DNA from: Psychrobacter sp. DM4
GTDB lineage: Bacteria > Pseudomonadota > Gammaproteobacteria > Pseudomonadales > Moraxellaceae
Direction: 5' to 3'
Assembly: GCF_051307035.1 (NCBI RefSeq)
Contig: NZ_CP195536.1
Location: 660,001 to 692,000 of the forward strand
DNA length: 32,000 nucleotides
The notes below the pieces were generated by a model. That model saw only the letters and a list, made by a program, of their open reading frames with translations. It was not told the DNA's origin and did no database searches. The translations under genes and the position numbers were made by a program. Of the stretch, positions 19,732-30,293 are shown one piece after another. Every line of letters begins with the position of its first letter. Position 1 is the stretch's first letter.

Positions 19732-21357
19732 TTAACTCGATTGAATCTGTAGAGCTTTATTAATATGAGCTGCAAATTTACTCAGATACCTAAAATGCTG
19801 GTGCTGCGCATCAGCATCACGAACGAACTTTTTGGCCTGTCCGCACATAGCGACTAAGTCATCGACCAGCTCACTATAGCTCAAGTTCTCGATGCCTGCA
19901 CGTTCAATGAGTGCAATCTCGTGCAAAAGCGTTTGCTGCTGGGCGCTATTGACCTGCGCATAATTCAGATCAGTCATGGCTTGACATAAGGCTTTTAGCA
20001 CCATCAAATCAGCCACCGCATAACGGCGGATCTCCCCTAAAGAGGTGTCTATAAAGTCAGCTATTCTAGGGGTTTGAGTGACGACAGCAAGCGTGGCGAT
20101 CCGCGGCTTGTTAGCGGCAATCTCAGTCTCATCTTTGTTGTGCGGGGGCACATAAAAATGGTAAGGGCTTGGTGGTTGCCGGCGCATCATCACACTCAAA
20201 CAAATCGTTAAGGATTGAACGCAGTTTACCGCCGTTTTGGGATCATTGATGCCGGGTGACAGAGCACGAACTGCGATCTCGGTCACTTGCCCTAAGCTAT
20301 AGGCAATATCGTTAGAGTGCACGGCCCGCGGCTCGATACGGATACAAGTGGCAAAACGTTGCCAGAATAGACCATCAGGATGACGCGGCATAATTGCCAA
20401 ATCGGAGGTTTTGGTCTTTTGAAAATCGTTCGGATGATCTATCGGACACTGATAAAAATAGCCGATGACGTTTTTGTCCGTAACAAAGTCGCCAAGGTTG
20501 GCATGTAATTGTACGACGCCGCCATAGTCTTGCGTTAGAGTGATTAAAGACTCAAAATAGATCTGTTGTAAGTAGCCTGAGACAGGAGCATAGATAGGAG
20601 TTGAAGACCAAGTATGATACTGCTTAATATCTTCTTGTAAAACATCATGATGATGTTGTATATCACAATGATCGTCATACCAGTGATTGATGTTATCAAG
20701 CGCGTCATTGCTCGCATCTTGAATAACGTGTGACGCTTGAATGGCGTGTACCATGTGCTGTACAAAGTAAACCAAAAGCAGCGCACAGATAATAGCCATG
20801 ATGATAGCAAAGGTGACCGATAACTGCGGAACGCCAAAACCAACATCGAACTTATGAATGGACTTGAGCACTAGCAAACTATAGCTAAAGGTGCCAATGA
20901 ACGCGCCAAGAACGAACTGATTGGGCGTATCTGTCAAAAAATTACGTAGTAATCTGGGACCAAATTGCGATGACGCCATAGACAATACGGCTATAGTAAT
21001 TGAAAATGTCGTTCCAGCAACACCCAATACAGCACCAGCAATAGCAGTCATCATAGCGCGCGCTGCATCTGCATCACCGGTAAAGGCAAAAGCTAAATCC
21101 TTTATCGTCTCACGATCAAAATACTCATCTATCGTAACAAACAACGGCGCTAATAGTATTCCAGCGAGTACGCAAGCCGTTGGAATAAACCAGTAAGAAC
21201 CAATCAGCTGTTGCCACAAGTTCTTGATGCGATCAGGTAGATCCGTAAGCGTCTGTAAAGACCACAATTGTGCAAATTTATGAAGACTATCGACAGTCGA
21301 CTTTTTTGTTTTCTCAAGTAAGGTTTTTTTCTTCTCACGCACTACAGTGAACTCCAA
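19732..21357 (-). CDS. DUF2254 domain-containing membrane protein
   Basis: The N-terminal region with SYWFIPTACVLAGILLA and four hydrophobic segments, followed by a large soluble C-terminal half, fits my memory of DUF2254. The start is uncertain: TTG 21357 has no SD, while GTG 21342 lies 9 nt after ggag. Confidence 0.6.
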   Translation of the reverse strand: MEFTVVREKKKTLLEKTKKSTVDSLHKFAQLWSLQTLTDLPDRIKNLWQQLIGSYWFIPTACVLAGILLAPLFVTIDEYFDRETIKDLAFAFTGDADAARAMMTAIAGAVLGVAGTTFSITIAVLSMASSQFGPRLLRNFLTDTPNQFVLGAFIGTFSYSLLVLKSIHKFDVGFGVPQLSVTFAIIMAIICALLLVYFVQHMVHAIQASHVIQDASNDALDNINHWYDDHCDIQHHHDVLQEDIKQYHTWSSTPIYAPVSGYLQQIYFESLITLTQDYGGVVQLHANLGDFVTDKNVIGYFYQCPIDHPNDFQKTKTSDLAIMPRHPDGLFWQRFATCIRIEPRAVHSNDIAYSLGQVTEIAVRALSPGINDPKTAVNCVQSLTICLSVMMRRQPPSPYHFYVPPHNKDETEIAANKPRIATLAVVTQTPRIADFIDTSLGEIRRYAVADLMVLKALCQAMTDLNYAQVNSAQQQTLLHEIALIERAGIENLSYSELVDDLVAMCGQAKKFVRDADAQHQHFRYLSKFAAHINKALQIQSS

Positions 21358-21410
21358 AATTTAGAAAACGACCAAGAGGGTCTTAGATAAATAGCAAAGT
21401 ATAAATACCC

Positions 21411-22997
21411 TTACTTAACACGTTGTGGGTTGTCAGCTTCAGTGATAATGCTTCTATCGTCTGCTTTTGTTCTACTATTTACGTTTGTACTATCATTTTT
21501 TATACGCTTACTATTTGTAAAGCTGCTTTTCTTTAAAGGACGGTTTGTCATCGTCCTACTCATCGTTGCTCTATCCTCTACAAAATCGTCTTTTGGAATG
21601 ACGACATCATTATAAGCGTTATCTGAGACTACGCTGCCATCTTGGTCAAAAGCTGCAGGCTCAAAATTTGCACTACCTTTTTTTGAGTTGCGACTGTTTT
21701 TATTAGCGGCATTGATAGGACTAGTGGCAGCTGATTTGTGACGAGGTTCACTATGAGCAAATATGGAATTCAAAGGTAAGTTTAGATACTCTTTCGCGCA
21801 GGTCTCTGTAGTCTCAAAACGCGTTACGAGCAAACTTAACCAAGGTTGCCTGTCATCAGGGTTCATCTCATCCAATTCATCCTTGATCGGTAAGGGATAA
21901 GGCAAAGTGCGGTAAAAATCCCACAAGGTCATTTTACTCAAATCTCTTTTGAGAACGTACTCATCATGCTCAGTAGTGGTAATGAGGTTAGTGTCTTTGA
22001 GATAATTGATATAGGTATACCATTTGGGCAGCTCTTTACGTCCCAGAACATCTCGCAGATCTTGCTCACTGACGGCTTCACCTTTTAGATAATGGCTGTA
22101 TACCACATTGAGCATATCTAGTAAACTAAGTAGCGGATGACGAGGGTAGACCTCTTTGGTCTCAAAAATCGTTAGCGTGTAGCTGATCTCAACGCCTAAC
22201 AAAATCAGATTCCATGATAAATATATCCATAGTAAAAATATCGGTAGGGCAGCAAACGCACCATAGATCGCCTCATAACTGGTAAAATTGGTCATCACGG
22301 TGCCAAAGATATGCTTGAGTAATTCAAAAACGATTGCCACGATGATACCGGCGATAGCCGCGTTTTTGAACGGCACGCGCGCTTTTGGAATAAACCAGTA
22401 CATCCCTACAAATCCTGCGACAGTGATGCCAATTGAAACCATCTGTACCCAAAAAGACCAATCAATGCCGTAACCTGCGATTTGACGGTTCAAAAAGCTC
22501 AAACTCTGTACCGTACTTGAGGCGATAAAAGCCGTTCCAAGGACGAGTGGACCCATGGTAACGATTGTCCAGTAGCGCAGCATGCTTTTTATACCGCCTG
22601 AGCGATCGGTAACGCGCCAAATCTGATTAAAAGCACGCTCAATCGTGGTCAATGTCATAATAGTAGTGACGAACAGAATCACAATACCAATAGCGGTTAA
22701 GTTGGTTGATTTTTCAGCGAAGTCATTGATGTATTCGCTGACCTGTAGGCTTGATTGCGGTAATAAGTTACTATAAATGACCTCATAAATTTGCGCTCTA
22801 ACAGAGGCCAATGCGGGAACAGAGGACAAGATCATCAGTAGTACGGTTAATATCGGCACTATTGATAGCATCGTGGTATAGGTCAAAGAAGCAGCTTTTT
22901 GCTGACAGTCATCTTCAAAAAAGTGCCGTGTCAAAAACTTTAAGAACTGAAACCAGCGCTGTTGTAAAAAGGGTAGTTTTTTTACTAAGTTTTCCAT
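21411..22997 (-). CDS. yihY: YihY/BrkB (UPF0761) family inner-membrane protein with a long C-terminal extension
   Basis: AASLTYTTMLSIVPILTV, the six-TM core and LLWIYLSWNLILLGVEISY are typical of YihY. Residues from about 279 to 528 are non-membrane. Confidence 0.8.
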   Translation of the reverse strand: MENLVKKLPFLQQRWFQFLKFLTRHFFEDDCQQKAASLTYTTMLSIVPILTVLLMILSSVPALASVRAQIYEVIYSNLLPQSSLQVSEYINDFAEKSTNLTAIGIVILFVTTIMTLTTIERAFNQIWRVTDRSGGIKSMLRYWTIVTMGPLVLGTAFIASSTVQSLSFLNRQIAGYGIDWSFWVQMVSIGITVAGFVGMYWFIPKARVPFKNAAIAGIIVAIVFELLKHIFGTVMTNFTSYEAIYGAFAALPIFLLWIYLSWNLILLGVEISYTLTIFETKEVYPRHPLLSLLDMLNVVYSHYLKGEAVSEQDLRDVLGRKELPKWYTYINYLKDTNLITTTEHDEYVLKRDLSKMTLWDFYRTLPYPLPIKDELDEMNPDDRQPWLSLLVTRFETTETCAKEYLNLPLNSIFAHSEPRHKSAATSPINAANKNSRNSKKGSANFEPAAFDQDGSVVSDNAYNDVVIPKDDFVEDRATMSRTMTNRPLKKSSFTNSKRIKNDSTNVNSRTKADDRSIITEADNPQRVK

Positions 22998-23136
22998 AGA
23001 TACCCATCAGCAAAGACAAAAGATAGAATAGTGTAACAAAATTATGCTATCAAAATATGCCAATAAATTGTGTCAAAATGCTGAACCGTAGCTTTTGAGT
23101 GAGGATAGTAATGCACGGTCTATAAAAGTAGTTCGT

Positions 23137-23166
23137 TTGCATGTGCGCTCAAGAGTGGGGCATAAT
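23137..23166 (+). promoter_or_regulatory. Candidate sigma-70 promoter for wrbA (TTGCAT-18 bp-CATAAT)
   Basis: Hexamers at 23137-23142 and 23161-23166, about 45 bp upstream of the wrbA ATG. Confidence 0.3.
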
Positions 23167-23210
23167 GTGAGAAAGATTTATCTCCATAATATTTATAGGA
23201 TATCTCACAC

Positions 23211-23828
23211 ATGAGTCAAACTGCCCCTTATGTTTTGGTGCTTTACTATTCTAGCCATGGTACGACCAAAACGCTGGCTTATTCTATCGCTCAAGGTGTC
23301 GAAGACGCCGGCATGACGGCGCGTATTCGCACAGTGCCAACAGTAGCTCCTGAGACGACAGTGAGCAAACCTGCTATCCCAGATGAGGGTGATCTATATT
23401 GTACGATGGATGACCTAAAGGGTTGCATGGGTCTTGCGCTTGGTAGTCCTACACACTTTGGTAATATGGCCGCACCTATGAAGTACTTTTGGGATAATAC
23501 GGTGACCCTCTGGCTGGCAGGTAATCTACAAAACAAACCTGCTTGCGTATTCACCGCGACAGGGTCGATGCATGGCGGCCAAGAGACGACGCTACTTACG
23601 ATGATGTTGCCGCTCATTCATCACGGTATGATGATCGTCGGTTTGCCTTATGCAGAGCCAGCGCTGGGTCGAACCAGTCGCGGCGGCACGCCTTATGGCG
23701 CTAGTCACGTGAGCGGTAGTGCACACGATCAGCCCGTCTCTGACGATGAGCGCGAACTGGCAGTGGCTTTGGGCCGTAGAGTAGCAATTAGTGCCAAAGC
23801 TCTAGCACAAGCCAACTGGGATCATTGA
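23211..23828 (+). CDS. wrbA: NAD(P)H:quinone oxidoreductase, WrbA-type flavodoxin-like protein
   Basis: VLVLYYSSHGTTKTLA, GSPTHFGNMAAPMKYFWD, GGQETTLLTMMLPLIHHGMMIVG and RGGTPYGASH are collinear with E. coli WrbA. Confidence 0.88.
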   Translation: MSQTAPYVLVLYYSSHGTTKTLAYSIAQGVEDAGMTARIRTVPTVAPETTVSKPAIPDEGDLYCTMDDLKGCMGLALGSPTHFGNMAAPMKYFWDNTVTLWLAGNLQNKPACVFTATGSMHGGQETTLLTMMLPLIHHGMMIVGLPYAEPALGRTSRGGTPYGASHVSGSAHDQPVSDDERELAVALGRRVAISAKALAQANWDH

Positions 23829-23916
23829 ACGCACTCATAACTTTATACCGCTAACTTCATACCAGTGACTTTATATGATCGCCTTCGCAAGATAAATTAG
23901 GAAAGCCATTCGACTC

Positions 23917-24393
23917 ATGCCAAACCCCTCTCAAGACTTATCAAAAGCATCATCAGCTCAAGTACCGTCTGCTACGCTCAGCAAGCCTATAGCACCTATG
24001 CGCCAGCGTTTGGTTGTGACGTGGCTACTGTGGCTAGTTTATCGCCTACTTGCGCTACCTGTATTCATTAGTGTTTTTAATCCAGCCAGTCCCGATATTA
24101 TCGGCGGTATCGCCTGGTATGGGCTGTGGCTTATTCCCGCATTTATTATCACCCCCTTTATACTAAAAGGACGCTCGCCCTATATGCTCCTTATCGGTAG
24201 TATGCTGACTTTAGTATACTTGGGAGCAAGTGGGGTTGTGCTCTTTACGCGTATTTATGGCAGCAGCTGGGCTGAAATCGTGGTTTATCTTATCGATTTT
24301 GTCTTACTATTCTTCATTAATACGTGGTTATTTTTATTATTAAAGCGCCTGCCATCGATGAATAATGTGGTCAAGCAGCCGCGCGCGCACTAG
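23917..24393 (+). CDS. DUF2069 domain-containing membrane protein
   Basis: Four hydrophobic segments, directly downstream of wrbA. I remember this pairing for DUF2069 in Pseudomonas-like genomes. The family call is from memory. ATG 23998 is an alternative start. Confidence 0.55.
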   Translation: MPNPSQDLSKASSAQVPSATLSKPIAPMRQRLVVTWLLWLVYRLLALPVFISVFNPASPDIIGGIAWYGLWLIPAFIITPFILKGRSPYMLLIGSMLTLVYLGASGVVLFTRIYGSSWAEIVVYLIDFVLLFFINTWLFLLLKRLPSMNNVVKQPRAH

Positions 24394-24411
24394 TTTTTTA
24401 AATACTGTCAT

Positions 24412-24450
24412 AAAAAAGCGGCGCTCTAAAATATAGAGCGCCGCTTTTTT
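24412..24450. terminator. Bidirectional terminator between DUF2069 and the convergent DUF3108 gene
   Basis: Stem gcggcgctcta / tagagcgccgc, 5-nt loop, flanked by aaaaaa and tttttt. Confidence 0.85.
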
Positions 24451-24484
24451 GTCTTAGCGTTAAAACTGAATTAACTAGGTTTAG

Positions 24485-25228
24485 TTAGTTCAGCTTAGTC
24501 AATTCTAAATCCATTTTCTTGCCATCATTGATTTGGCTAACTTTTACGGGTAGATAGTCGAGACTTGGGGCCAACCAAAAGCTGGTTGAGCGGCTATTAT
24601 CATCATGTATACGGTCAACACGCACGGTATCAAAAGTACCCGCTGGCACGGTGATTTTAGTGTTGCCTGACTTTTTAAACGGCGTTTTCTCTACTTTGTT
24701 TTTCTTCGCCATATAGTAGTTGCCAGAGAATTTTCCATTGAGCAAATCTTGACGAATTTGCACCTCTAAGCTCAAATCATCAAAGGCTTGCTGCGCCATG
24801 TTCATGGTCGTCGTTTTGCCTTTATAGTTGCTTGTGACCTTTTTGCTCGCTGAATTAAAATCAAGTTTGTGCGTGCGCCCAATGCCTAGCAGTTTGTAGG
24901 TCGTGCTAGCCTTGGTTGGGCTGACGTTATTACCTGTAATAGTAAAGGCGCTACTTTGGGAGGCACTAGCGATACCTGCTACGCGAGCTTTAACCTTATA
25001 ATTCCAAATATTACCTGATTGACTCAAAGTACGAGTTGCTGTGCCTTTATATTTATCTTCTACCGTAAAGCTGTAGTTCGCGCTTGAGGGCTCTATACTT
25101 TTTGCATTAGCAAGGGTTGGGGCAGTCATACTTATAGCTCCGATCGCAGCGATACTGACACCTGTAGTGAACCAAGTCGCCAGTCTGTTTTTACCGCGTT
25201 TTATGTTATGGGTTAATAATGACGTCAT
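24485..25228 (-). CDS. DUF3108 domain-containing exported protein
   Basis: I prefer ATG 25228: SD aaggat lies 6 nt upstream and a signal peptide follows (MTSLLTHNIKRGKNRLATWFTTGVSIAAIGAISMTAPTLANA). The beta-rich mature part ends in FWLAPSLDYLPVKV, as in DUF3108. The family call is from memory. Confidence 0.6.
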   Translation of the reverse strand: MTSLLTHNIKRGKNRLATWFTTGVSIAAIGAISMTAPTLANAKSIEPSSANYSFTVEDKYKGTATRTLSQSGNIWNYKVKARVAGIASASQSSAFTITGNNVSPTKASTTYKLLGIGRTHKLDFNSASKKVTSNYKGKTTTMNMAQQAFDDLSLEVQIRQDLLNGKFSGNYYMAKKNKVEKTPFKKSGNTKITVPAGTFDTVRVDRIHDDNSRSTSFWLAPSLDYLPVKVSQINDGKKMDLELTKLN

Positions 25229-25494
25229 GAATGTATCCTTAATAAGTTTGTCAGATATTTTGACTATTTTATAGCTATTGTTTATATACTCTTGCTTATC
25301 ACAACCATTATGATGGTCATATCTTGTTACATTTTCAAGGAGCGCTAGCGCGTTATGGGTTGAGCGCTTGTAGCTAATGTTGCCGCAAAGCCTTGAGTCT
25401 CTGTACTGAGTAACACACTGTGAGCAAGCTTGCGGGGTTATAGTCATTACTGTCTTCGACAACTACGCGCCTTATAAATATTTTTAAGTTTACA

Positions 25495-25523
25495 CTTGAA
25501 CCCACCTCATCACGCCCCCATTT
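25495..25523 (+). promoter_or_regulatory. Sigma-32 (RpoH) heat-shock promoter of groESL
   Basis: CTTGAA at 25495-25500, a 15-bp spacer, then CCCCATTT at 25516-25523. This matches the CTTGAA-N13-17-CCCCATnT consensus and sits about 130 bp upstream of groES. Confidence 0.7.
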
Positions 25524-25655
25524 TTTGAAACAAGCTCACAGCTTATCTTTAATACCTTAGTCTCAATAAATTTGAGCGTATTTATTTAATAGTTAGTGCT
25601 GGTGAGACCATTAAATCAAACACATTTTACGCAACCCACTTTTGGAGACTTAATG

Positions 25656-25946
25656 ATGAATATTCGTCCTTTACACGACCGTATTGTTGTCCGCCGTATA
25701 GAAGAAGAAACAAAAACGGCTGGCGGTATCTTATTACCTGGTTCAGCACAAGAAAAGCCGTCACAAGGCGAGGTGCTAGCCACAGGTAACGGTTTGGTTC
25801 GTGACAACGGTGAGACCCGCGCGCTTGATGTAAAAGCAGGCGACAAAGTATTGTTCGGTCAGTACGCCGGTCAAACGGTCAAAGTTGACGGTGAAGAGCT
25901 ACTTATCATGAAAGAGTCAGACGTATTAGGCATTATTGAAGCTTAA
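25656..25946 (+). CDS. groES: Co-chaperonin GroES (96 aa)
   Basis: [31 protein letters not shown] is canonical GroES. SD ggaga is upstream. The adjacent ATG at 25653 is an equally possible start. The ORF-track start at 25596 is an over-extension. Confidence 0.93.
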   Translation: MNIRPLHDRIVVRRIEEETKTAGGILLPGSAQEKPSQGEVLATGNGLVRDNGETRALDVKAGDKVLFGQYAGQTVKVDGEELLIMKESDVLGIIEA

Positions 25947-25986
25947 TCCTCGATATTTTTAAAACAACTATTAACTATTGGAGTAA

Positions 25987-27645
<1,659 letters not shown>

Positions 27646-27787
27646 TTCTACTTTTGCTACAAAGCGATTTCTCTTTGTCAGACGCGCTCAATGTACAATA
27701 AGTACTATTTTCGCGCGTCCTTCTCGATAAATCACTTTTCGCTACAAGTATGACTTTGTCATAAACGCTTGTTAAAGCCAGTAAAAC

Positions 27788-27823
27788 AAAACCCCGATAG
27801 GCTATAGCTTATCGGGGTTTTTT
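27788..27823. terminator. Bidirectional terminator between groEL and convergent yaaA
   Basis: A long stem (ccccgataggc / gcttatcgggg, including one G-U pair), 4-nt loop, with aaaa upstream and tttttt downstream. Confidence 0.85.
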
Positions 27824-27852
27824 ATGCGTGCTTATCTAACAGATAAAGCGTA

Positions 27853-28653
27853 CTACGAATCCGCCTCATCGCGTCTAAACGTCCAAGTAGTATCATCAGA
27901 CAACTCATCAACATAATAATAGCCTGCTAAATCAAATTTCTTTAATTGCTCAGCTTTGGTTAGTTTATTATCCGCCGCGTATTTCACCATGAGTCCGCGC
28001 GCTTTTTTGGCATAAAAGCTAATGACTTTATATTGACCGTTTTTTTTATCCTCAAATCTTGGGGCTATAATAGTGGCATCAAGCGCCTTTTTCTTCACCG
28101 CCTTAAAGTATTCATTAGAGGCCAAATTGACTAACACTTTGTCATCGCTATCTGCCATCTGCTTATTGATCGTATCGGTAATCTGCTCACTCCAGAACTC
28201 ATACAGATTATTACCTTGCTCATTTTTGAGTTTAGTACCCATCTCAAGTCTGTAGGGCTGAATCAAATCGAGTGGCTTTATAACGCCGTATAAGCCGGAT
28301 AAAATACCTAAACATTTATTGACATAGATGACAGTGTCTTTATCCATGCTGTACATATCAAGGCCTGTATAGACGTCACCGTCAAACAAATAACCTGCTG
28401 GTTTGGCGTTGTTATCGTCAAACGGCTTGTCTATGTCCCATTGCCACGCTTGATTACGTTTGGCATTTAGTTGTGCCAAGTCATCTGAGATAGTCATCAA
28501 CTCTTGCAAGTCGATCGGCTCTTTTGCCTTCAGCGTTTTCATCAGAGTTTGCGCTTGCACGATGAGCGCAGGCTGACTGTAATAATTGCCAAGGTTGATG
28601 GGAATAGCATCGGTTTCGTTCAAGGATTTGGCAGGAGAGAGGACAAAGTACAT
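27853..28653 (-). CDS. yaaA: Peroxide stress protein YaaA (DUF328/UPF0246)
   Basis: MYFVLSPAKSLNE, GDVYTGLD, IQPYRLEMGTKL, SNEYFKAV and KKARGLMVKY are the conserved YaaA blocks. SD aaggga lies 6 nt upstream. Confidence 0.9.
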   Translation of the reverse strand: MYFVLSPAKSLNETDAIPINLGNYYSQPALIVQAQTLMKTLKAKEPIDLQELMTISDDLAQLNAKRNQAWQWDIDKPFDDNNAKPAGYLFDGDVYTGLDMYSMDKDTVIYVNKCLGILSGLYGVIKPLDLIQPYRLEMGTKLKNEQGNNLYEFWSEQITDTINKQMADSDDKVLVNLASNEYFKAVKKKALDATIIAPRFEDKKNGQYKVISFYAKKARGLMVKYAADNKLTKAEQLKKFDLAGYYYVDELSDDTTWTFRRDEADS

Positions 28654-29076
28654 TACAATTCCCTTATTTTAAAAACGCTATAGACGTTTGATTGATCAAA
28701 ATCTGTAGCAAGCTTTGAACACTAAATAGAACATTTTAACATGAGTGCTTTGAGTGTGTTTAAATGTGTTATATATTGTCGTCAAAATCTGTGTTGATTG
28801 GTATTGGAGTGCATGTAATAATAAAAGTTATAGTGATGGCTATATTTGCTAACTTTTTATTTACTTATGAGTCATCATTAATCAATGATAAATAGACAAT
28901 GATGTCTTTATAATAAAAAGAAATGATAACTAAAGTATCATTTAATAGATTGATAATCTTTGATGAGCGCTTTATTTCAATAATGAGTGTTGATCAAAGA
29001 TTTTTTGCACCATGCGTATGGCAAACAAAGCTCCATGCGGATAGGTTGGTCAGGTATTGAGATGTCAGGAGATGGT

Positions 29077-30234
29077 ATGAAAATCGGTGTAATTAGTGCA
29101 GATGCCTCGCATGAGAGCCGCGTAGCAATAACCCCAGACGCGGTCAAAAAACTGCGTAAGCTTGGGTTTGAGGTCATTATTCAGTCTGGTGCTGGTATTG
29201 CTTCTTATTATTCTGATGAGAGCTATCAAGCCGCTGGTGCCACGATTGCAGCCAGTAGCGCGGACGTCATGAGTGACTCGCGTATCATCACCACTGTCAA
29301 CGATCTACCGGCAGCGATGATAGACAACTTGACGACTGGTCAGATTGTCGTCGGTATGCTCGATCCTTATCGCAATACTCAGCTTGACGCTTACGCGGCC
29401 AAAGGTGCAACGGTCTACGCTATGGAGCTATTGCCGCGTACCCTATCTCGCGCACAGAACATGGATGTGTTGTCCTCACAGGCTAACCTTGCAGGGTACA
29501 AAGCAGTACTCATGGCAGCGAACGAATACTCACGTCCATTCCCGATGTTTATGACCTCTGCAGGCACAGTCAAACCTGCTAAAGTGGTCATCTTAGGCGT
29601 TGGTGTAGCAGGCTTGCAGGCGATTGCGACTGCCAAGCGTTTAGGTGCGGTCGTCGAGGCTAGTGATTTGCGTCCGAGTGCTCGCGAGCAAGTGGAGTCC
29701 TTGGGCGGTAAATGGTTAGATGTACCGATGAGTGAAGAAGAAGCACAAAAAGCCAAATCAACAGGTGGCTATGCGTGGACACCATCAGAGCAGTATATGA
29801 CGGATCAAGCGGCAGTCGTTGACAAAGCGCTAAGCGGTGCTGATATCGTCATCACGACCGCGCAGATACCGGGTCGTCAAGCGCCGCGTTTGGTGCACAA
29901 GACCACGCTCGATAAAATGAAAGCAGGTTCGGTGCTCATCGATATGGCAGCGGGCACTGGCGGTAATGTTGAGGGCAGCGTCCCTGATCAAACCATTACG
30001 ACGGACAACGGCGTACGTATTGTCGGAGCGGCTAATATCCCCTCGGAACTGGCAGCGCAGTCGTCAGATCTATACGCAAATAACTTAGTTAATTTTATAG
30101 CGACGCTAATCAAAGAACCAGCTACAGATGATGTGTCATCTCAAGCACTGGCACTACACTTAGATATGGAAGATGAGATTCAGGGTGCTCTAGCAGTCAC
30201 ACACGACGGTCAAGTTCGTCTTGCTAAGCGCTAA
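29077..30234 (+). CDS. pntAA: NAD(P) transhydrogenase subunit alpha part 1 (dI domain)
   Basis: MKIGVISADASHESRVAITPDAVKKLRKLGFEV parallels E. coli PntA MRIGIPRERLTNETRVAATP. The NAD-binding VVILGVGVAGLQAIATAKRLGAVV is present. SD aggaga is upstream. The ORF-track start at 28987 is an over-extension. Confidence 0.92.
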   Translation: MKIGVISADASHESRVAITPDAVKKLRKLGFEVIIQSGAGIASYYSDESYQAAGATIAASSADVMSDSRIITTVNDLPAAMIDNLTTGQIVVGMLDPYRNTQLDAYAAKGATVYAMELLPRTLSRAQNMDVLSSQANLAGYKAVLMAANEYSRPFPMFMTSAGTVKPAKVVILGVGVAGLQAIATAKRLGAVVEASDLRPSAREQVESLGGKWLDVPMSEEEAQKAKSTGGYAWTPSEQYMTDQAAVVDKALSGADIVITTAQIPGRQAPRLVHKTTLDKMKAGSVLIDMAAGTGGNVEGSVPDQTITTDNGVRIVGAANIPSELAAQSSDLYANNLVNFIATLIKEPATDDVSSQALALHLDMEDEIQGALAVTHDGQVRLAKR

Positions 30235-30293
30235 GTCTCGCCTGTCATACAACAGTGTGTTTACCAGTAATGAATAAATTTTAGGAGGATAAG

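Noticed and set aside
25229-25462. 78-codon in-frame upstream extension of the DUF3108 ORF (MSKTVMTITPQACSQC...)
   Set aside because: The internal ATG at 25228 has a good SD and is immediately followed by a classical signal peptide. The extension would bury that signal peptide and would run into the groESL promoter region.
28921-28943. Inverted repeat aaatgata-N7-tatcattt considered as a Fur box
   Set aside because: It shares AATGATAA with the Fur consensus, but the half-site spacing does not fit the 19-bp GATAATGATAATCATTATC arrangement. I left it as an unassigned palindrome.
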